A stretch of 64,000 bases of DNA. Origin: a bacterium (GTDB lineage Bacteria > SAR324 > NAC60-12). The stretch is from assembly GCA_965209155.1 (NCBI GenBank), contig OZ242383.1, positions 1,632,001 to 1,696,000 on the forward strand. The letters are read 5' to 3'. Positions 19,509-27,800 of the stretch are shown here, in pieces. Each line of letters opens with the position of its first letter. Position 1 is the stretch's first letter. The notes under the pieces were generated by a model. That model ran no database searches, was not told the DNA's origin, and saw only the letters and a program-made list of their open reading frames with translations. A program made the position numbers and the translations under genes.

Positions 19509-20327
19509 TTAGTCCGATTGCAATTTTCGCAATAAAAGTGCTCTTTCTTCGCGACTCATTTGATTCACCACCTTTTCCAAAACGTCAATTTTATTCGGTA
19601 TCTTTTTTACGACTTTCGCGAATTCTTCAGCAGTGGCCTGTTCCATAAAGGCCAGCACCGTCCTTTCTTCTAATTGTTCTAGAGTTAAACCCGCCATACT
19701 CAATTCCTTTCCTAAGCGTTGTGTAAAAATATGAACGATCCCTCTGAAAGATTGCCAAAAGGGATTGCCGATCATTCGCTGGATTGAACGAAGATAATAG
19801 TGCTTTTGACTGGCAAACAGTTCAAATACATCGTTGGCTTCTTTATCTTCCATTTCATTGGGAACCAACAGGATGATCGTTAAAAAAGATAAACGGACCT
19901 GATAAATCCCTTGGGCTTCTTGCTCGATACAATCCGGGATTTTCGCTATTAAACCTTGGGGTACTTTGGCAGAGACGGCAAAAACACTGAGTTGTTCCCG
20001 AGCAATCTCTTCTTGTTCTCGGTAGAGTTTAGCATAAAGATCCGTTTTCTCCAACTCGTCATAGCCATAGGATTCATGAATGGATTTAAAATCAATCAGA
20101 TTATGGTTGTTCAGGTGATTTCGCACTCCGTCAGGGAGCTTGGTTAATGCTTGCTTTGACAAGACAGACCCTTGCCGAATCACAACCACATCCACCTTCA
20201 TGGGATTTTTCGCCACTTCGTATTCGGGGATGACCTGCAATCCTAAAGGTGTCCAGCCGTATTTCAGTACTTGTCCAAAAGCATTGTGCCAGTTAAAACG
20301 AGTTTTTCTCTTTTTCATGAGAAACAT
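19509..20327 (-). CDS. Hypothetical protein, probable PD-(D/E)xK nuclease-like fold
   Basis: E...VDVVVI...NLIDFKS motif arrangement; helical C-terminal tail. Confidence 0.6.
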   Translation of the reverse strand: MFLMKKRKTRFNWHNAFGQVLKYGWTPLGLQVIPEYEVAKNPMKVDVVVIRQGSVLSKQALTKLPDGVRNHLNNHNLIDFKSIHESYGYDELEKTDLYAKLYREQEEIAREQLSVFAVSAKVPQGLIAKIPDCIEQEAQGIYQVRLSFLTIILLVPNEMEDKEANDVFELFASQKHYYLRSIQRMIGNPFWQSFRGIVHIFTQRLGKELSMAGLTLEQLEERTVLAFMEQATAEEFAKVVKKIPNKIDVLEKVVNQMSREERALLLRKLQSD

Positions 20328-20413
20328 TATACCCCAGGTGAAGAAAACAGCAAGAGATCTTTTCTCTTCTCGATCTTCTTCTTTCCAAGGGTGCCCCTTG
20401 TCAAGCGTTCAAA

Positions 20414-20590
20414 AAAAGGGGTCAAATCCTTTTTTGCTTTATCCAAGGTTTAAATGTGGGGTAATCTTTTGATACTCTTTGCTCGGCAGAGGATCTTCCA
20501 CTCCAGGGGACATCGTAGCGACCCTGACTGGCGAGCAGGACTAGTGGGAGGTATCGCTTGTGAGGGGCAGAGAATTTTAGCGGGGATCAG
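20414..20590. repeat. 177-bp Uma2 3' tail repeat, copy 1
   Basis: Closely matches 47158-47334. Confidence 0.9.
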
Positions 20591-21425
20591 CATCTTTCTT
20601 TTGGAGGAGAGCCCGCAGTCGTTCAACTTCCGCAAGCGCTTTTTCTTCTCTTGCCAAGGCAATTTTTTCTCTTGCCAAGGCGTTTTCTTTCAGTTTTCGC
20701 TCTTGTTCTTTTTGCTGACGCTCTTGTTGGAAGCTTTTCAGGAGGAAGGGTTGATAGAGAGGATCCTCAATTAATCTTTCAAAGGCCACCTGTTTTTCTA
20801 AATCCTCCAGACGAAAAGCGAAACGATCCAAAACCCGGGAATGAATCACCCCGGGCTCTTTGTGCTCCATCGTTTCATAAACCCCCTGCTGATTCAGAAA
20901 ATAGAAGGCGGTGTGCTTGCGCAAACGGTCTAAAATATAATATTCAGCCACCCCTGCTTTGGCGTATTCTTCTTTTTTGTGGACCGTATCCCGTTCCACC
21001 TCCGCAGGAGTCGAGTCGGATAAAAACTCGATACAGAGATCACACACCCCATGAAACGAACGATCCAACGGTTTGGCCTCGACAGGATTGGAGTGGAGAA
21101 TTACGGCCAAATCCGGTTTGCGAATACTCACCTTTTTCTTTCCCAACTCCAAACGAAAGCCCATTTCCAATATCATGATCTGTCCGATGGGAAAGACGGT
21201 CAAATATTCTTCTAATAAGCGCGAGAACCATCGATAGAGGGAGATGCTTAGAAAATCGGGCATAGGTTTTTCCTCCAAGAGGCCATTGTTCCATTCATAT
21301 GAACGATCCGGGTATTCATAATACGTCTTCCAATACTCAGCCTCACTCACCCTGAGCGGCTCCTTGGCAGAGAGAGGCAACCGTGTTGGAGAGGAGTAAT
21401 TTTTGACGGATTCTAAAGTAGTCAT
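20577..21425 (-). CDS. Uma2-family (DUF820) endonuclease with coiled-coil tail, copy 1
   Basis: YEWNNGLLEEKPMP, RKPDLAV, DLCIEFLS, KKEEYAKAGVAEYYILD; RBS before the ATG at 21425. Confidence 0.9.
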   Translation of the reverse strand: MTTLESVKNYSSPTRLPLSAKEPLRVSEAEYWKTYYEYPDRSYEWNNGLLEEKPMPDFLSISLYRWFSRLLEEYLTVFPIGQIMILEMGFRLELGKKKVSIRKPDLAVILHSNPVEAKPLDRSFHGVCDLCIEFLSDSTPAEVERDTVHKKEEYAKAGVAEYYILDRLRKHTAFYFLNQQGVYETMEHKEPGVIHSRVLDRFAFRLEDLEKQVAFERLIEDPLYQPFLLKSFQQERQQKEQERKLKENALAREKIALAREEKALAEVERLRALLQKKDADPR

Positions 21426-21471
21426 GATGTCCTCGATGGGAAGGAGAGGTGAAATTTGTCGTCTTTTCAAA

Positions 21472-21500
21472 AACATAACACATTGTGCGGAGGACAGCAA
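21472..21500 (-). promoter_or_regulatory. Putative sigma70 promoter of Uma2 copy 1 (TTGCTG-N17-TATGTT, with TG extension)
   Basis: Conserved in copy 2 (57767-57795); homology between the copies ends right after the -35. Confidence 0.55.
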
Positions 21501-21520
21501 TTTTTCTTGACTATGGTCGT

Positions 21521-22294
21521 TCAGCCTTTCCAAGGGAAAAAGGTTCCTTTCAGGGTCCTTTTTCCGATTATTTCACGATCAGGGTGGAGCAATTCTTCCC
21601 AGGGAATGACTCGGCGGTTGGCATCCGGATGGTTTTCCAGGTAATCATATTTATAGAGCCTGAGTTTGGCAGCCACATTGAGCCACAAGAGCACCACAGC
21701 GATTCCAGGTAGCAAGAAACCTGTTACAATTGAAAGAATGAACAACACACCACTGCCTATGAATGTGCTAATAGAAAAAAATGTATTGTCTAGAAAAAAT
21801 AACAAACATTTTTTGAAATTCTGAACCAATGTTGGTTGAAGACGTGCTTCAAGGGGGAAAAACCATTGGAAAATCAAAAGAATAGCCAGCATGATCCAAA
21901 AATAAATCCCTGAGGGGATCATTTCCCAAAGGGAATGGGTTGGTTGATAGGAGGAACTGAGCAGAGCTAAGGGTAGGAAAAAAAAGAAAAGAAAAGCTCC
22001 CAAAAACAAACTGGTTTTATAGCTGCTTTTGAAGAACTGAAAAAAATCATCCCAGCCGACGGAATGATAATCTGAAATGGTTCGAGTCACCTGGGCAATG
22101 ACACCGGTATAAACAAAAAACAGTTCGACCTTCAGAAAAAAAACCAGAAAGGAAACCAGCAGGGAGTCAGGATACGGCGAGGAAATGGAAAGGAGCAAAA
22201 CCAAGACAAGAATGTATCCAAGATTGAGTAAAAAGAAAAAAATGAAATTGTCCCACCAATCAAAAAAAGTCTTTTTGATCACGAATGAAAACAT
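21521..22294 (-). CDS. Hypothetical multi-pass membrane protein
   Basis: Several hydrophobic segments; charged C-terminus IPWEELL...FFPWKG. Confidence 0.75.
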   Translation of the reverse strand: MFSFVIKKTFFDWWDNFIFFFLLNLGYILVLVLLLSISSPYPDSLLVSFLVFFLKVELFFVYTGVIAQVTRTISDYHSVGWDDFFQFFKSSYKTSLFLGAFLFFFFLPLALLSSSYQPTHSLWEMIPSGIYFWIMLAILLIFQWFFPLEARLQPTLVQNFKKCLLFFLDNTFFSISTFIGSGVLFILSIVTGFLLPGIAVVLLWLNVAAKLRLYKYDYLENHPDANRRVIPWEELLHPDREIIGKRTLKGTFFPWKG

Positions 22295-22298
22295 AAGA

Positions 22299-22331
22299 AA
22301 AGGGGTCAAATATTAATTTGTCTTTTATTTT
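22299..22331 (+). repeat. 33-bp AAAGGGGTCAA repeat, copy 2
   Basis: Matches 18994-19026. Confidence 0.85.
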
Positions 22332-22599
22332 AGGTGATTGCTCGCATATGTCTTCTTTTCAATGCCTTTTGATAATTTCTCTGACTTTCATAAAAGAATT
22401 TGAACGAGTGTCGGCACAAAGTATGGGTTCACCGTATCAAAGATTCAGTTAAGTAGCAAAATTAGAAATGTGGCCAAGAGATTAGAATACAGAACGTCTG
22501 AAATAACCGGTTTCCCTTTAAAAAGAATTTGATTCACATCCCGATAAAAGTCTTCTAATAATTGGAATGCTGATACAAACTCATATTGGATAGTTTCGG

Positions 22600-22692
22600 T
22601 TGCTCTCGTTCTTTTTCAAAGAGTTGACAGGCTTTTTGAAGAGCCTCGAGGTGGGGAATCGGTGGATTCTCTGAAGATCTCTGAATAGAGAC
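22600..22692 (-). mobile_element. Partial inverted copy of the GTAACTATTCAGG element (degenerate left end)
   Basis: The reverse complement reads GTCTCTATTCAGAGATCTTCAGAGAATCCACCGATTCCCCACCTCGAGGCTCTTCAA...GAAAAAGAACGAGAGCAA, matching the 37284 and 57815 elements. Confidence 0.8.
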
Positions 22693-22725
22693 CCTATTTC
22701 TTGTTGTTTTGTTCAAAAGTAAAAG

Positions 22726-23394
22726 TCAAAAAACACGAAGCAACGTCAGTCCATCGGAAATGGGCAGCATCACGCATTCGACCCGGGGGTCCTGGACTAA
22801 TTTTTTATTCAATGCTTTAACCGCAAGGACATGCGGTTGATCGTTATGGGGTTCGATAACCTGCCCCCAGAGGAGCACATTGTCCAGTAAAATGATGCCA
22901 CCTGGTCGAATCCGTTTTAATATTTCTTCATAATAATAATTTTGGTTTTCCTTATCCGCATCAAGAAAAGCCATATCAAAATCACGTGTTTCCGGAAGTG
23001 AACGCAAAGTTTCCAGGGCAGGAGCAAGTCGCAGATCTATTTTTTCAGCCACCCCTGCTTTTTTCCAATATTTTTGGGCAACGGCGGTCCACTCTTCGTT
23101 GACGTCGCAGCAAAGGAGATATCCGGAATCTTGCAGTCCTCGGGCAATACATAAGGCTGAATAACCTGTAAAGGTTCCCACTTCAATAGCTCGCTTCGCA
23201 CCGATCAAACGAGCCAGCATCGTCATAAAAACTCCTTGCTCCGGAGCAATTTGCATGATAGCGAGATCACCGATTTGCTTCGTTTCTTCTATCAGTTCCT
23301 GCTGCAGAGCATCTGGGGGATTACCATGTTGAACCAAATAGTTATAGAGATCTACAGTCATTGGTAGAGTTTTTGGTCGATCAGTCTTGTACAT
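22726..23394 (-). CDS. Class I SAM-dependent O-methyltransferase (caffeoyl-CoA OMT-like)
   Basis: MQIAPEQG, IEVGTFTGYSAL, FLDADK, LDNVLLWG. Confidence 0.92.
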   Translation of the reverse strand: MYKTDRPKTLPMTVDLYNYLVQHGNPPDALQQELIEETKQIGDLAIMQIAPEQGVFMTMLARLIGAKRAIEVGTFTGYSALCIARGLQDSGYLLCCDVNEEWTAVAQKYWKKAGVAEKIDLRLAPALETLRSLPETRDFDMAFLDADKENQNYYYEEILKRIRPGGIILLDNVLLWGQVIEPHNDQPHVLAVKALNKKLVQDPRVECVMLPISDGLTLLRVF

Positions 23395-23553
23395 AGATTT
23401 CTTTTTCTGGTTGAAGTATGCGATTGATCTATTGCAGAATAGTTTAGAATATTCTGAAATAACTTGTTCCGTCTTGCCAATTATTCTCACCTTTGGATTT
23501 TTCTCAATATCATATTTTAAACCACCATGGACATAAGAGTATTTTTATAACAG

Positions 23554-24834
23554 TCATGCAGGTTCAAGCTCTTCAATGATGGATTTGAGAAAAAGAAAGG
23601 TATTTTGCAGGAGCGAAAAAATGGGTACTGCCAAGAGGGCGCCAGGTATCCCTGCAACGAATTCTCCGGCAACCAAGGCAAAGACAACCAAAGCAGGGTG
23701 GATATGTGCTGCGGTGCCCATGATCTTTGGATTGAGAATATTTCCTTCAATGAAATGAATAAATAGGATCCAGCCAATGATCAATAATGTCGTAGGGAAA
23801 GAAACGGTCAAGGCCATAATTACAATGGGAAAGGAGGAAAGGAAAGTACCAAAGATGGGGATCAGTGAGCAAATTGTGGCCACCAAGGACAGGGTGAAAA
23901 CAAATGGCACTCCAAATATGAGCAGTCCGACTCCGGTGAGGAATCCGTTGATCAGACAAATCAAGACTTGCCCGCGAACGACGCCATTCAATCCTTGATC
24001 CAAGCGTTGCAGAAATTTTTCATAGCCTGCATGGTATTTGGGGAGGAACAACGAACGTCCGAAACGGAGAACTCGTTCAATATCAATCAGAATGAAGGCT
24101 GAAATCATCAGTGTTAAAAATAGCGTGAAGATCGATCCCGCAATTTTGGTCAAAATTTGACGTCCGAAATTGAGAAAGTTGACTGTGTTTTCCTGAATTC
24201 GTTCCACGGTATGTTGGATTGCCGACGAAAAATGTTCTCGTAAATCCAGCGGTTTTGACTTTTCCTGAGGGCCAGTAATTTTACGATGAGGAATGATTTC
24301 CATTCTACCCGAATCCAAGGGGCGGATTTCATAAGTGTATTCTTCCAGTGCGGCAAAATAAGGATTATTGATGTTTGAACTGATATTTTGATTCGTGGAT
24401 GATTCTTGCAAGGGACCTTGCGGAAAATTTTCCAGGTCAACCGGGTCCGGCATCAGAGCAGCCCATTGATTCAGTCTTTCATTGATCACTGGGAGCCAAG
24501 TTTGCGCGCTTTGATTGATAGCACGCGGCATCTCTTTGAGCATTTGCGTGATCTCATTGGAAAGATTGGGAATCAGATAGGAACCGCCACCGATTAGAGC
24601 ACCAAGCATGACAATGTAAACTATTATCACTGCCAGTCCGCGAGGCATTCGGTGCCCCTTCAGCTTCCACTGGTGCATCTGTTTGATGACCGGAGAAAGT
24701 AGATAAGCCAAAAAACAAGCGAGGATGAAGGGAAACAGTATGTCATTTAAAAAAATAACAATGCAGATCAATGCGATAACGATAAGGACTGCGATACAAA
24801 GCCGCCCCCATTTTTTAAAAAAGGGAATCGTCAT
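23554..24834 (-). CDS. AI-2E family transporter
   Basis: PFILACFLAYLLSP, VRGQVLICLING, IEGNILNPKIMG..IHP, GALLAVP. Confidence 0.9.
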   Translation of the reverse strand: MTIPFFKKWGRLCIAVLIVIALICIVIFLNDILFPFILACFLAYLLSPVIKQMHQWKLKGHRMPRGLAVIIVYIVMLGALIGGGSYLIPNLSNEITQMLKEMPRAINQSAQTWLPVINERLNQWAALMPDPVDLENFPQGPLQESSTNQNISSNINNPYFAALEEYTYEIRPLDSGRMEIIPHRKITGPQEKSKPLDLREHFSSAIQHTVERIQENTVNFLNFGRQILTKIAGSIFTLFLTLMISAFILIDIERVLRFGRSLFLPKYHAGYEKFLQRLDQGLNGVVRGQVLICLINGFLTGVGLLIFGVPFVFTLSLVATICSLIPIFGTFLSSFPIVIMALTVSFPTTLLIIGWILFIHFIEGNILNPKIMGTAAHIHPALVVFALVAGEFVAGIPGALLAVPIFSLLQNTFLFLKSIIEELEPA

Positions 24835-24860
24835 GGGGTTTGTCCACCGTAAAGTTGTGT

Positions 24861-27800
24861 TTAAGCAGATTGGAGAGTTTCTTCCGGTTCGATGACAAAT
24901 AACAGATCACCCCGACTGACGGTTTGTTTGTTTTCGGGAATGATTTTTTTGATACGGTAGAATGAGCCCTCCAGGTAAAGCTGTTCTCCATCACCTCCCT
25001 TATAAGCTTTCAACGTCAATTCATTGAAGACTTTCATCGATTCCAGCAAACAAAGGGTTTGTCCGATATCAATTTGTTGTCCTTCCTCAACAAATACCGG
25101 GTCGCTCGGGGAGGATGAGCGATAGAAAGCGCCAGTTTGGGGAGAAAGAACTTTAAGTTCCCTTGAGTCTGGAATGGCAATTGTTTCCTGGTCGATTGCA
25201 GGTCCTGTGTTTCCCGCGTAGTTTTGGGTAGTCTGGATCAATTTGTCGATATCAATTTGTTGCAAAAAGGTATTCAGAAAACCAGTATCGTACTCTCCTG
25301 ACTGGAAAAGTTCATTTTCCAAAATCGCCTTTGCCAGTGCGAGGTTGGTAGAGATTCCAGTGATGCGAATTTCTTTTAAATAATCCAGAAGCGTTTGAAT
25401 GACATCTTCACGGGTTGGGCCATGGGCGATTATTTGGGCAATCAGGCTATCATAATAGGGAGGAACCGTGTTTTTACTTTTAACAGCAGAAATTGAGCGG
25501 ATTTTCGGGTGAGGTGGTAATTCCAATTCTGTGATAGTTCCAGGATCCGGGAGGAAAATAAGCGTGCCATTCGCATTGATTTCTATTTTTTCTGCATTCA
25601 CTCGCAGTTCGATTGCATGTCCATTGTTCTCGAAAGAAAGATCCTTGATGTTGCCACCTTCAGCGATTTTAATTTGATTTTGAACAAGATCCACTCCCGA
25701 TACGATTTCGGTGACCGGATGTTCAACCTGCAAGCGGGTATTCATTTCCATAAAATAAATCTGTTGATCGAGACGATCATAAATAAATTCAACTGTACCT
25801 GCGCCAATGTAGTCTATTTCGTTGATGATTGATTCCGTGTATTGGTAAAGTTGCTCAACGATTGATTCGGGGATTTGCCTCCCGACCGACTCTTCTATCA
25901 ATTTTTGATAGTTGCGCTGCACCGTACAGTCCCTCATGCCCAGTATTTTGGTGTTACTGTGGCTGTCCCTCAAGATTTGCACTTCGATGTGCCGCATGGA
26001 AACGATATATTTTTCCAGGTACAGATCCCCGTTACCAAAGGCATTCAATGCCTCCTGAGACATTTGCGAGAAGACGTCGACGATCGACTCGGTTTCCTCA
26101 ACCACCCGAATTCCCTTACCACCCCCTCCATGGACGGCTTTAATCAAGATAGGGAATCCGATTTCCCGGGAAATCGTTTCGGCCTGAATGGGATCTGCAA
26201 GCGCACCCTCACTTCCTGGAACTACCGGAATGTTCAGCCGCTTTGCTGTTGCCAAAGCATTTGTTTTGTTGCCCATCAGATCTATACTGTGGGCACTTGG
26301 ACCTATGAAATTGAGTTTGTGCTCCCGACAAATCCTGGCGTACTGGGACGATTCTGAGAGGAAGCCTATGCCGGGATGAAGCGCATCAGCCCCTTCCTGT
26401 TCTGCAATTAATATAATACTTCCAGCATTGAGATAGCTTTCCTGAGGTGTGTTGCCTCCCAGGCAAATAAGACGGTCTTTATTTTTTAGCAGTCGAGCCG
26501 GATAGCTGTCCATGTCCGGGTCGGATTGCACAAGGACCACTTCCAGACCCGCGTCATGGGCTGCATGAATCAATCGTGTTGCAGTGCAACCACGAGCGTG
26601 AATCAACAAACGTTTGATGGGAGCCAAGTTCAATTTTTCTTCGAATGTTTTCGCGAAGGTGTTTTCTTCCGGATTGAAATATGGGCGATACTCGCCGGCC
26701 AATATTTTGGAAATCACTTCCTGCACTGTCAATTGGGCCATTGGAATTTGAGGATCGGCTTCTTTCAATTTGGCATCAATGGCTTCATCAAAAGGATTGT
26801 GAACCAGCCCTTCCATACTTCCATGAATTTTAGAAAGATAGTTGGACAATACCGTATTCATGGGAAGGTGACTCTCCACTACCAATTGACCGGCAAAGGA
26901 CATGATGGTCCCTGAGAAGTAGTAGGTTTTGACCAGGCGATGCGTGACGAAACTGGCTTGTGCGCCACCCACACAATCCCGGAATCCGAAACAGATCACA
27001 GGCAATTCGTTGTCTTTGATAAAGCGGGTGATGCGGTCGTTTAAAACAGGCATGGAAAAAAGCGCCCCTGCACCTTCTTTGGTTTGCATACCACCTGCGG
27101 AGATAAACAGAATGAGCGGCAGTTTATGTTTCGTGCATTCGGCGAGTAGTTGACAAATTTTCTCACCACTTGCCATGTCAAAAGCGCCTGCTTGGAATGC
27201 AGTGTTGCTGATAGCCAGTCCAAACCGATTGCGTTGATTGCCATCCACGAAGGTGGCTAATCCAGTGATAGTCCCACATGGAGTCACACCTTTTTGCAAA
27301 GCCTGCTCGATAGACTGACGAAATCCAGGGAATTTTACGGGGTCGATGGTGATTCGATCCTGGTACAATTCTTCAAAATCCTCAAAAAAATAGTCGATGA
27401 TGCGTTGAGGGGTAATGAATTTCTTTTTATACTCACGGAGCAAGTCTTGAATGAGGAGGTCTTTATAAGCTCGGTCCAAGCGATTCCAAAAATCCTTGAT
27501 GCCGATATTGCGAGGTGTGATCTTTCCGCTGAATTTGTTTTGTTTCCGCAAATCGCTTGACTGCCTGACGGTATTCAAGGCAGGAAGTAAGGTAGCAAAA
27601 TAATAACGCACCAATCCAAATAATGGTGGACTGAGACGAGGAAACGCACGTTGTTTCCATTCGCTGATCGTGTGCATGATCTCATCACAGTTTCTTTGAG
27701 TTATAAAAAGTTGCAACCATTTGAAAAATCGTTCTTTGGCATCGGTTGCTTGAAGATCGAGGGAGCGGTTTTCAAACTCCTGAATGGCTAAATCGAAGGA

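Noticed and set aside
20414..20576. Structured ncRNA call for the Uma2 3' tail
   Set aside because: Some pairings are possible, but the differences I checked between the two copies were not compensatory; kept only as a repeat.
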